A stretch of DNA of 37,278 nucleotides from an uncultured Candidatus Saccharibacteria bacterium. Lineage in GTDB: Bacteria; Patescibacteriota; Minisyncoccia; UBA6257; GWB1-50-10. The position numbers and the translations under genes were made by a program. Of the stretch, positions 23,981-32,163 are shown in pieces. The DNA lies in contig CAZHWX010000001.1 in NCBI GenBank assembly GCA_964536045.1, forward strand, positions 1-37,278, in the 5' to 3' direction. The notes under the pieces are model-generated. The model saw nothing but the letters and a program-made list of their open reading frames with translations, did not search any database and was not told the DNA's origin. Position 1 is the stretch's first letter, and the number at the start of each line of letters is the position of its first letter.

Positions 23981-25292
23981 ATTCCAATTCCATTTTGCGA
24001 AGTTCGCCGTTTACGGAGAGATAAAATAGTAAGTTACCAAATTGTTTGTAGTCTTTAACTCCTTTAGCTAAGACGGTTCCATTTAGGGGTAAGAGTTCAT
24101 CTACCTCAACAACTCTTAACTCGTCATCCCAGAGGCCTATTAAGTGGTTATTATCGAACCAATTTATTTTATAGATTCGGCCCTCGTGTTCGGGAGCGAG
24201 AGTTAATTTATCACCAATGTTTTTTCGGAAGTCTTCTTCCCATTTGTCTAAATAAAGAACATGGAGAAGATTGCGACTTAAGAAGAGTAGACGATCGCCC
24301 TCTGGGCTCCACATGTATTCTTCTGCTTTATTTTCCACTAATTCGGAGGTAGAGGTGGAATTTTTAAAGAGCCAAAGTTTCCCTTTATCGTCTAAACCCG
24401 CTACTAGGTTGGCATTAGAGTTAGGTTTTAAATCTGCAATTTTTAAACTAGTAGAGGCAGACCAGTTACCACCAAATAAAAACTTGGTGATTTCTACTTT
24501 TTTGCTATCTGCACTTACTAGGCCGGAATCATTTAGAGCGAAAGCGGTAGGTTTAAGATTAGAAAATTTTTCTAATTCATTTTTCTTTTCATCCGCTAAA
24601 AAAATTCCCTTATCGGTTTCTATAAAAAGTTTTTTAGGGCTGAAGGGGTGAAAGAAGAAATTTTTAGGAGTGCCGGCTAATTTACTACCAGCTAATTCTG
24701 AAAACCAAAGATTTAAATTAATCGCGGTTTCCGGGGCGTCTAGATTTATAAGAAATAGTTTTTTGTTCTTGTCTTCTACAATTATTTCATCGCTCTCAAA
24801 ATTTTGGCTAACTATATTTTTTCCCCTAAGTTCTAATCCGCGGAACTTAAGAGTGCCGGATTGTTTTAGAATCATTTCGTCGCCTAAGACCCAAAAGCTT
24901 TCGGTGCTAGTGGCAATTAGGGTGGAGGTGGATTCTATAGGAAATAAACGAATATTGTTGCGAGCTAAAACTCCGCCAGCCGGAACTAATAAAGATTTAG
25001 ACCAGGTTATATATTTTTCAGATTTAGCGATAACTACGTAAGTCTCGGGTAATAAATTTCTAAATAACAGGCCCGATTCAAACCAATTACTAGAATGGGG
25101 TCGCTCCTTGCCGTTTAAGGTTATTAGGCTGGGCTTTTCCGAGAAGCGTAGATAAATACTTCCGGTAGGGACAAGTTTCAATTCTCGCCAGTTAATAGCT
25201 AGACCTAAGCCGGTTAGGGTGAGGTAGGCGCCAACTAGGAAAAAGATCCCGACCGTGGCCCAAAATAGGCCTTTCCGTTTACCTGAAGTCAT
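23979..25292 (-). CDS. hypothetical membrane-anchored protein (PEGA-like plus possible beta-propeller ectodomain)
   Basis: N-terminal TM segment 'LFWATVGIFFLVGAYLTLTGLGL'. 'LITLNGKERP...LLPETYVVIAKSEKYITWSKSLLVPAGGV' resembles a PEGA beta-sandwich. A later 'WSPEGDRLLFLS' is PD40/TolB-repeat-like. The long ORF excludes the plus-strand shadow ORFs. Confidence 0.55.
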   Translation of the reverse strand: MTSGKRKGLFWATVGIFFLVGAYLTLTGLGLAINWRELKLVPTGSIYLRFSEKPSLITLNGKERPHSSNWFESGLLFRNLLPETYVVIAKSEKYITWSKSLLVPAGGVLARNNIRLFPIESTSTLIATSTESFWVLGDEMILKQSGTLKFRGLELRGKNIVSQNFESDEIIVEDKNKKLFLINLDAPETAINLNLWFSELAGSKLAGTPKNFFFHPFSPKKLFIETDKGIFLADEKKNELEKFSNLKPTAFALNDSGLVSADSKKVEITKFLFGGNWSASTSLKIADLKPNSNANLVAGLDDKGKLWLFKNSTSTSELVENKAEEYMWSPEGDRLLFLSRNLLHVLYLDKWEEDFRKNIGDKLTLAPEHEGRIYKINWFDNNHLIGLWDDELRVVEVDELLPLNGTVLAKGVKDYKQFGNLLFYLSVNGELRKMELE

Positions 25293-25373
25293 CGGAGAGA
25301 TGATAAGGGATAATAGGGATTAGATAAAGCTGAAAGTTTGAAAAAAGGCTGGTCCAGTGGTAAGGTTCAGGCG

Positions 25374-26387
25374 ATGTTCACCCGTAGAATTGGTATAGAT
25401 TTAGGCACTACCAATACCTTAGTTTTCCTGCCGGAGCGCGGGATTGTTATTAATGAGCCGACTGTCGTAGCTCTTAGAAAACCAGATAATACGGTTTTAG
25501 CAGTAGGCGCAGAAGCTAAAGAAATGGTGGGTCGGACCCCAGAAGATATTGTGACTTATCGACCCTTAAAAGATGGGGTAATTGCCGAGTATTACATTAC
25601 TCAGGCCATGCTTAAATATTTTATTGGTAAGAGTGTAGGTTCCTTTAATTTATTTAGACCAGAAGTAGTAATTTCTGTACCGGCTGGTATTACCTCTACT
25701 GAACACCGAGCGGTAATGAACGCAGCTAAAGAGGGTGGAGCGCGCGAAGTTTATTTAGTAAAAGAGCCGTTACTTGCTTCACTTGGTGCGGGTATTCCGA
25801 TTCATTCCGCGGAAGGCAATATGATTGTAAATATTGGAGGAGGTACGACGGAGGTCGCAGTAATTTCTTTGGGTGGTATTGTAAATTGGGCCTCTCTACG
25901 AGTAGCGGGAAATCGTTTTGATCAGGCCATCTCTGAATACATTCGTAAGAAATATGGTTTAGCAATTGGCGAACAAACTGCAGAGAATATAAAAATTGGA
26001 GTAGGTACTGCTATTCCGAATCATCGGGAGAAAAGAGAAATAAAGATTCGCGGACGTGATTTGCAATCTGGTTTGCCAAAAGATTTATCCGTAACTTCTT
26101 CGGAAGTAGCGGAAGCGGTCAATCCGCATTTAGTAGAAATTATGAATGCAGTGCAGTCCGTGTTTAATGTGACTCCACCAGAATTAGCGGCGGATATTAT
26201 GGAGAAGGGAATAATTTTGTCGGGTGGTAGTTCGCAGTTGCGAGAGTTGCCGGAATTTTTCCGTCGATCTTTGGGGGTGACGGCTTATCTCGCGGAAGAT
26301 CCAATTTTGTGTGTATCTAAAGGAACAGCGACGGTTCTAAGTCACTTAGATGTCTATAAAAGAACCCTCCTCAATCGACGCTCCTAA
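25374..26387 (+). CDS. mreB: rod shape-determining actin homolog MreB
   Basis: 'IGIDLGTTNTLVF...GIVINEPTVVA', 'VISVPAGITSTEHRAV', 'LVKEPLLASLGAG', 'IGGGTTEVAVISLGGIV' and 'GIILSGGSSQLREL' are actin-fold phosphate and adenosine motifs. The ATG at 25374 is preferred to the TTG at 25338. Confidence 0.93.
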   Translation: MFTRRIGIDLGTTNTLVFLPERGIVINEPTVVALRKPDNTVLAVGAEAKEMVGRTPEDIVTYRPLKDGVIAEYYITQAMLKYFIGKSVGSFNLFRPEVVISVPAGITSTEHRAVMNAAKEGGAREVYLVKEPLLASLGAGIPIHSAEGNMIVNIGGGTTEVAVISLGGIVNWASLRVAGNRFDQAISEYIRKKYGLAIGEQTAENIKIGVGTAIPNHREKREIKIRGRDLQSGLPKDLSVTSSEVAEAVNPHLVEIMNAVQSVFNVTPPELAADIMEKGIILSGGSSQLRELPEFFRRSLGVTAYLAEDPILCVSKGTATVLSHLDVYKRTLLNRRS

Positions 26388-27120
26388 ATTAATTGGTTTA
26401 GAAAAGCGTTATACAGAATTTGAACGTTTAACTCAAAGTCAGGACTTACCTGGCTCTTGGTTGTTTTGGGGTGAAGAGGGAATTGGTAAAAAAAGTTTTG
26501 CTGATTCTTGGTTGGGTCGGATAGAAAACGGAGCTTGGGGAGAGATAGCTAAGGTAGATATTTTGCGGTTAGCCCCAGATCCAGAGGAGGGTTATGGAAT
26601 AGAGGAGGCGCGTAAACTACAAAAATTTTTGTGGCAAACTCCCTTGAAATCTCCGCGTCGAATGGCAATTTTAGATCAAGCGGATGAGTTAACGGATCAA
26701 GCACAAAATGCGATGCTTAAAATTTTGGAGGAACCACCTAAACATTCGTTAATTGTTTTGATTGCTTCGGAACCAGAACTTCTATTACCAACCTTGCGAT
26801 CTAGATTAATTGGAATTCATTTTTCTCGTTTAACTAATTTAGAGATGGAAAAGTTTTTAAAAGAAAAAGAGGTACCAGTTAATAAAATAAAAAACCTAGT
26901 AGAAAATTCTTTTGGTCGTCCGGCTTATGCCTTACGTTTATTAAGTGGAGCAATAGAATCTTCGTTAGCTAATAGAACTGCAGATGCAGCGTTGGAAGCT
27001 AGAAATAAGGGAAAATTAAAGTTGGCTAGAGCGCTTTTAAATAAAGAAGTTGCGTTGCGTCGGTCGCCTCTGAATGCTAATCTTCAAGAGCGAGCGATAA
27101 AAGAATTATTTAATTTATAA
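26350..27120 (+). CDS. holB: DNA polymerase III delta-prime subunit (clamp-loader AAA+)
   Basis: 'SWLFWGEEGIGKKSFA' is the P-loop-like region, 'ILDQADELTDQAQNAMLKILEEPP' is Walker B/sensor, and 'PTLRSRL' is the SRC-type motif. The only ATG (26350) overlaps mreB by 38 nt, so the start is uncertain. Confidence 0.8.
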   Translation: MSIKEPSSIDAPKLIGLEKRYTEFERLTQSQDLPGSWLFWGEEGIGKKSFADSWLGRIENGAWGEIAKVDILRLAPDPEEGYGIEEARKLQKFLWQTPLKSPRRMAILDQADELTDQAQNAMLKILEEPPKHSLIVLIASEPELLLPTLRSRLIGIHFSRLTNLEMEKFLKEKEVPVNKIKNLVENSFGRPAYALRLLSGAIESSLANRTADAALEARNKGKLKLARALLNKEVALRRSPLNANLQERAIKELFNL

Positions 27121-27126
27121 AAATAT

Positions 27127-27678
27127 ATGCACGAAATATCTAAAAATTTTCAATCGGCTATAGATCAGATCTTGCGTCAAACTCAGGAAGAGTTAGGAGC
27201 AGTACGTGCTAGTCGACCATCTTCGGCAATGTTAGAAAATGTAATGGTGGAATGTTATGGGCAAACTTTGCCGTTAAAACACGTAGCCACAATTTCCGTC
27301 AATCCGCCTAGAGAATTAATCGTGGAGCCGTGGGATAAAGAAATTTTGACGATTATTTTAAAAGCGATAGAGGGGGTAGGGGCCGGTTTATCCGCCAGAA
27401 TGGAATCCACTGGTATCCGTGCTTTTTTACCAGAATTATCTGGCGAGCGTCGCGAAGAACTTTCTAAATTAGTTAAGAAAATGTCGGAGGAGGGACGAAT
27501 TAAAGTTCGGCATGCGCGAGACGACGCTAATAAGCGGATTGAGGTGGCTCAAAAAGAAAAAGAAATTACGGAAGATCAAAGATTTTCGGTAAGAGCAGAG
27601 GTACAAAAAATAACGGATAATGCCAACGATAAAATAGAATCTTTGGTGGTATCTAAAATAAAAGAAATTCAAGAATGA
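27127..27678 (+). CDS. frr: ribosome recycling factor
   Basis: 'LGAVRASRPSSAMLENVMVECYGQTLPLKHVATISVNPPRELIVEPWDK' and 'LPELSGERREELSKLVKK' are canonical RRF. Confidence 0.95.
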   Translation: MHEISKNFQSAIDQILRQTQEELGAVRASRPSSAMLENVMVECYGQTLPLKHVATISVNPPRELIVEPWDKEILTIILKAIEGVGAGLSARMESTGIRAFLPELSGERREELSKLVKKMSEEGRIKVRHARDDANKRIEVAQKEKEITEDQRFSVRAEVQKITDNANDKIESLVVSKIKEIQE

Positions 27679-28685
27679 TATTCCTATCAATTTTAGGTTT
27701 AGCAATTTTAATTTTAATCCACGAAGCTGGACATTTTTTTGCCGCGCGGTCAGTAGGAGTAGGGGTAAAAGAATTTGCGGTGGGTTTTCCGCCGCGTTGG
27801 TTTCGTAAGAAAAGAGGGGAAACCGAATATACAATTGGAGTTTTGCCACTAGGTGGATTTGTTCGTTTAGAAGGAGAGATGCCAGGTGAAGAAGCCGACC
27901 CCAAGAGAAGTTTTAGTAATCATTCGGCCATTTCTAGAATTTGGATTTTGGTAGCTGGAGTATTAGCTAATTTCTTTTTAGCGGCTCTTTTATTTGCAGT
28001 AGCTTTTACTATTGGGGCGAGACAAGAAGTTATATTTTCGGCAGTGGTAAAAGATTCCCCAGCAGAAGTGGCGGGATTAAAGTTTGGCGATGCAATTTTG
28101 TCAGTAGGTGAACAAAAAATAGAAAGCGCCGAACAATTTATTGCTCAAATAGAAAATAATCGTGGTCAAGAATTAAATTTAGAAATTAGAAGCGGAGAAG
28201 AAGTTAAATTTGTAAAAATTACTCCACGACTCACTCCGCCAGTAGGTGAGGGTCCATTAGGAGTGGCAGTAGGAGAGACTGGTTGGGAGAGCGCCAACTT
28301 TTTAGAGGCACTAGTTAAAGGATTCCAGGAAACGGTAAATTATTCGTTGCTTATTGTTTCGGGTTTGTGGCGAGTTATTACGGAATCGGGTGCTTCTAAT
28401 TTAAGTGGTCCAATTGGAGTGGCGGTGGTGGCGGGTCAGGCGGGAGAAATGGGAATTGCTTATTTAGCCCATTTTTTTGGTTTGCTTTCTATTAATTTGG
28501 CAATTTTAAATATCTTGCCGTTACCAGCTTTAGATGGGGGTAGAGTATTTTTGGTGTTGGGAGAAGTTATTTTTAGGCGTCGAGTACCAGCTAATATAGA
28601 GCGCTACTGGAATGCCTTTGGAATTTCTTTGTTATTACTTCTAATGTTTTATGTGACAGCTCAGGATTTAATTAGGTTGTTTTAG
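27675..28685 (+). CDS. rseP: RIP site-2 metalloprotease RseP (M50 family, with PDZ domain)
   Basis: ATGA overlap with frr. 'LILIHEAGHFFAAR' carries HExxH, a central PDZ domain reads 'DSPAEVAGLKFGDAILSVGEQKI', and 'LAILNILPLPALDGGRV' is the NxxPxxxLDG motif. Confidence 0.92.
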   Translation: MIFLSILGLAILILIHEAGHFFAARSVGVGVKEFAVGFPPRWFRKKRGETEYTIGVLPLGGFVRLEGEMPGEEADPKRSFSNHSAISRIWILVAGVLANFFLAALLFAVAFTIGARQEVIFSAVVKDSPAEVAGLKFGDAILSVGEQKIESAEQFIAQIENNRGQELNLEIRSGEEVKFVKITPRLTPPVGEGPLGVAVGETGWESANFLEALVKGFQETVNYSLLIVSGLWRVITESGASNLSGPIGVAVVAGQAGEMGIAYLAHFFGLLSINLAILNILPLPALDGGRVFLVLGEVIFRRRVPANIERYWNAFGISLLLLLMFYVTAQDLIRLF

Positions 28686-28704
28686 TAAGTAGAAATTAGC
28701 AATT

Positions 28705-28734
28705 AACCCGTCTATATGGCGGGTTTTTGTTTTA
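28705..28734 (+). terminator. rho-independent terminator after rseP
   Basis: AACCCGTC-TATAT-GGCGGGTT forms 8 bp with one G.U and is followed by TTTGTTTT. It lies inside the track's N-terminal extension of proS, which argues for the downstream start. Confidence 0.75.
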
Positions 28735-28760
28735 TTCAAAAACTGGATATACTTGGGTTA

Positions 28761-30014
28761 ATGCTCCAATCCAAGCTTTTCCCTAAAACCCTAAAAGAAG
28801 CCCCTAAAGATGAGGTTTCTAGGAACGCCGAACTCTTAATTCGGGCCGGATTTATTAATAAGCTCCAAGCGGGAGTCTATACCCTTTTGCCCTTGGGTTT
28901 ACGAACGGTGAAGAAAATTACGGATATTGTGCGGGAAGAAATGGAAGCAATAAATGGTCAGGAAATTTTGATGCCTGTGCTTCAGCCGAAAGCTAATTGG
29001 GAAGCTACTGGTCGTTGGGATAGTTTAGAAGTTCTTTTTAAATTTATTAGTCCTAACACCAAAATAGAAATGGCCCTTGGTCCAACTCATGAAGAAGTGG
29101 TTACTCCGCTTGCGGATCGCAATTTGTCGTATCAAGATTTACCGTTTTATTTATACCAAATTCAAACTAAGTTTCGGGATGAGGCGAGAGCTAAATCGGG
29201 TATGATGCGGGGCCGGGAGTTTGGAATGAAGGATTTATATTCCTTCCATGTGGATGAAGCGGATTTAGATGCTTATTATGAAAAAGCGACCGAGGCGTAT
29301 CATAAAGTTTTTAGTCGTTTAGGGTTGGGCGATCAAACGTTTTTAACTTTTGCGTCTGGAGGAACATTTTCTAAATATTCTCACGAGTTTCAAACTTTAA
29401 CTTCGGCGGGGGAAGATTTAATTCATTTGTGTCGAACTTGTAAGCTTGCGGTAAATGACGAAATATTTGGCGAACAATCTACGTGTCCGAAGTGTGGTGG
29501 AGCTTTAACGCCGGAGAAGGCTGCAGAAGTTGGAAATATTTTTAAATTAAAAACTAAATATACAGATGCCTTTAATTTGAAATATAAAGCGGCAGATGGT
29601 ACTTCAAAACCGGTAGTAATGGGTTGTTATGGAATAGGCATCACCAGACTTTTAGGGGTAGTAGCAGAAACTCTAAGCGACGATAAGGGTTTAGTTTGGC
29701 CGTCTAATATTTCGCCTTTTGCGGTCCATTTAATTTCTTTGGGAGCGCCCAACGAAGGAGTTAATAAAATGATTGAAGAGGCCAAAAGTTCTTTAGAGTC
29801 TGCTGGCTATGACGTGTTAATTGATGATCGGCAAGATAAGTCGGCAGGAGAGAAATTTGCGGATGCTGATTTGATTGGTTGTACCATTCGATTGGTTTTA
29901 AGTGAGAGACTATTAGCTACTCAAGAAGTTGAAATAAAATTGCGAAATCAGAAAGAAGCAATTAAGGTTAGCGCCGGTGATTTAGTTGCCAGTTTGCGGA
30001 AGTTAGGGGTATAA
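28761..30014 (+). CDS. proS: prolyl-tRNA synthetase, short bacterial-type without INS editing domain
   Basis: 'MLQSKLFPKTLKEAPKDEVSRNAELLIRAGFI' is the canonical ProRS N-terminus. Motif 2 is 'FRDEARAKSGMMRGREFGMKDLYSFH' and motif 3 is 'MGCYGIGITRLLG'. A C-terminal class IIa anticodon-binding domain follows. The product is 417 aa from the ATG at 28761. Confidence 0.9.
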   Translation: MLQSKLFPKTLKEAPKDEVSRNAELLIRAGFINKLQAGVYTLLPLGLRTVKKITDIVREEMEAINGQEILMPVLQPKANWEATGRWDSLEVLFKFISPNTKIEMALGPTHEEVVTPLADRNLSYQDLPFYLYQIQTKFRDEARAKSGMMRGREFGMKDLYSFHVDEADLDAYYEKATEAYHKVFSRLGLGDQTFLTFASGGTFSKYSHEFQTLTSAGEDLIHLCRTCKLAVNDEIFGEQSTCPKCGGALTPEKAAEVGNIFKLKTKYTDAFNLKYKAADGTSKPVVMGCYGIGITRLLGVVAETLSDDKGLVWPSNISPFAVHLISLGAPNEGVNKMIEEAKSSLESAGYDVLIDDRQDKSAGEKFADADLIGCTIRLVLSERLLATQEVEIKLRNQKEAIKVSAGDLVASLRKLGV

Positions 30015-30026
30015 ACAGATTTATAT

Positions 30027-31049
30027 ATGATGTTACGAAAAACCTTAGGTTTGGATTTAGGTACCGACACCACTCAAATTTATTTGGGCGGTTCTGGCAT
30101 TGTAATTAATGAGCCAACTATTGTGGCGGTTAATACTTTAACTAATGGGGTTGTGGCAGTAGGAGAAGAGGCTAAAAAAATGTTAGCTCGAACTCCGGCT
30201 CACATTACCGCTATTCGTCCAGTTTTAGGTGGGGTAATTGCGGATTTTGATTTAGCTAAAGAACTTATTCAAACCTTAGTAGATCGTAAGGATTTACCAT
30301 GGTCCTGGTTTACTCGAGCAATTGTTAGTGTGCCTACTTCACTTACTGAGGTGGAGAGAAAATCAGTAGAAGATCTATTAAAAGAAATTGGTTTAAATCC
30401 GGTTTATGTTTTAGAACAACCTCTAGCTGCTGCTTTTGGTGGGCGTTTGGCAGTAGGGCAACCAACTGCGCATTTTATCGTAGATGTAGGTGCTGGAACT
30501 ACTGACATGGCCATAATTTCTTTAGATGGCATTGTGGTTTCTAAGCGTCTTAAGATTGCGGGTAATTATCTAAATCAGGAAATTATTAAAGGAGTACGCG
30601 ATGAATTTAAATTAATAATTGGAGAGCCTACTGCGGAGGAAATTAAAATCCAAGTCGGTTCAGTTTTACCTTGGTCGGAGAAATTAGAAATTGTAGTGCG
30701 AGGTAGAGATTTACAATCTGGTTTACCTAGAGAATTAACCCTTAAAGATACTCAGGTTCGTTTTTGGTTACAGCGTCCGGCTAAAACAATTGTGGATGCG
30801 GCTAAAGATTTATTGGAATCTGCTCCGCCAGAGTTAGTGGGAGATATATATAAAAATGGTATTTGGTTATGTGGTGGTGGTTCTTTAATTCGGGGCTTAG
30901 ACCAACTTTTTGAAAAGGAAATTGGAGTGGCGGTTCAAACCGTAGAAGATCCAATGACTTGTGTGGCACGAGGAGCGGGTATTTTTTGTGATCGTTTTGA
31001 TGAATTAAGTCACTTACTCCATAACCAGCCACGGTCCCCAATTTCTTAA
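30027..31049 (+). CDS. MreB/Mbl-like actin homolog (second paralog)
   Basis: 'LGLDLGTDTTQIY...GIVINEPTIVAV', 'IVSVPTSLTEVERKSV', 'VLEQPLAAAFG', 'VDVGAGTTDMAIISLDGIV' and 'IWLCGGGSLIRGLD'. It lies directly upstream of mreC-mreD-PBP2. Confidence 0.9.
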   Translation: MMLRKTLGLDLGTDTTQIYLGGSGIVINEPTIVAVNTLTNGVVAVGEEAKKMLARTPAHITAIRPVLGGVIADFDLAKELIQTLVDRKDLPWSWFTRAIVSVPTSLTEVERKSVEDLLKEIGLNPVYVLEQPLAAAFGGRLAVGQPTAHFIVDVGAGTTDMAIISLDGIVVSKRLKIAGNYLNQEIIKGVRDEFKLIIGEPTAEEIKIQVGSVLPWSEKLEIVVRGRDLQSGLPRELTLKDTQVRFWLQRPAKTIVDAAKDLLESAPPELVGDIYKNGIWLCGGGSLIRGLDQLFEKEIGVAVQTVEDPMTCVARGAGIFCDRFDELSHLLHNQPRSPIS

Positions 31050-31078
31050 ATATTTTTTAAGATCAACTCTTCTAAGAT

Positions 31079-31720
31079 ATGAGAAATAGAGTCGCAGCTT
31101 GGGGGTGGGGAGTACTGGTTGTTTTAATCTTGTTGTTAGCATTTTTTGTGGGTAATTCGGTTATTTCTTTTTTTTCTAGTTTAAGAGGTTCTAATCCGGT
31201 GACAAATTCAGTTGATAAAATTTTAGATGAACAGCAAGAGAAAAAAATTAATCGTTATCTAGGAGTGTCGGCTGGAGTTTATTCGCAATATCCTTTTAAT
31301 GATCGTAATTTTATTTTTTTAAATCGAGGGTCGGAAGATGGGGTAGTGTTGGGGGCGCCAGTTTTTGGATTAGAAGAGGAATTGGTGGGAGGAGTTAGTA
31401 ATGTAGATAGAACCCGCTCTCAAGTGGAAACCTTTTGGAGTCCTAATTGGAAAACGGCGGTTTATGTAGGAGAAAAAAAATCTAAGGCTGTATTGAGAGG
31501 TGGAGAGAGTCCTATTTTAGAATTTTTACCTAAGAATTCAGGGGTTAAGGTGGGGGATGTGGTTTATAACGCTTCGCCAGAATTTCCTTTATATGCACCA
31601 ATAGGAAAAGTTTTTAAGATATTAAACGATGATCAAAATCCTTGGTTTGGAGCGGAGGTAGAATCTTTAACTGATTTAAATTCTTTGCGGGAGGTCTGGG
31701 TTTTGAAAAATTTCCCTTAA
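31079..31720 (+). CDS. mreC: rod shape-determining protein MreC (short form)
   Basis: N-terminal TM anchor, then a beta-rich domain with 'GSEDGVVLGAPVFG...LVGGVSNVDRTRSQVETFWSPNWKTAVYVG...VGDVVYNAS'. This resembles the MreC core, and the mreB-mreC-mreD order supports the call. Confidence 0.7.
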   Translation: MRNRVAAWGWGVLVVLILLLAFFVGNSVISFFSSLRGSNPVTNSVDKILDEQQEKKINRYLGVSAGVYSQYPFNDRNFIFLNRGSEDGVVLGAPVFGLEEELVGGVSNVDRTRSQVETFWSPNWKTAVYVGEKKSKAVLRGGESPILEFLPKNSGVKVGDVVYNASPEFPLYAPIGKVFKILNDDQNPWFGAEVESLTDLNSLREVWVLKNFP

Positions 31721-32163
31721 TGGAAAAAATATTTAAAGAATTATTTTTGTGGGGAGGGTTATCAATTTTGTTTTTCTGGTTACAAGCTTCTCACTTATTA
31801 GATTTTGGTATAAATCCTAATTGGTTAATTTTAGGTCTGGCTTTGGCGTGGGGTATGGGTAGATTGTTATCTGCTATTTTTTTTATGATATTTGCGGTTG
31901 GTGTATATTTTTGGACTTTACCGTTTAGTTTAATTCCAATAGTTGTGTTGGTAGGTGTTGGTTTAATAATGGGCTTAATTATAAAGTTTTTAACTGGAAA
32001 GCCATTAATGGATGAAGCTTTGGTTTTAGCTTTAGGAATTCTACTATTGAATACATTATTTTTTTGGCAATCTGGAAATTGGTTGTTTATTAACGTTTTG
32101 TGGGAAATTTTAGTTACTGAAATTATTTTATTTTTAGGTTGGCCAATATTTAGAAAAATATGA
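31720..32163 (+). CDS. mreD: MreD-like integral membrane protein
   Basis: TAATG overlap with mreC. It is a 147-aa, entirely hydrophobic protein with 4-5 TM segments. The call rests mainly on position between mreC and PBP2. Confidence 0.55.
   Translation: MEKIFKELFLWGGLSILFFWLQASHLLDFGINPNWLILGLALAWGMGRLLSAIFFMIFAVGVYFWTLPFSLIPIVVLVGVGLIMGLIIKFLTGKPLMDEALVLALGILLLNTLFFWQSGNWLFINVLWEILVTEIILFLGWPIFRKI

Noticed and set aside
24271-25041. Two plus-strand ORFs (126 aa and 123 aa) inside the minus-strand 437-aa gene
   Set aside because: The minus-strand ORF is far longer and has a TM anchor and domain-like motifs. The plus-strand frames are Ser/Leu/Phe-rich with no start context.
27469-27904. Minus-strand ORFs (126 aa and 83 aa) over the frr/rseP junction
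   Set aside because: They are antisense to RRF and to the RseP HExxH region, both unambiguous, so they are shadow ORFs.
28716-28760. Upstream start of proS given in the ORF track (MAGFCFIQKLDILGL...)
   Set aside because: The extension is encoded by the rseP terminator hairpin and T-tract (28705-28734). The canonical ProRS N-terminus 'MLQSKLFPKTLKE' begins at the ATG at 28761.
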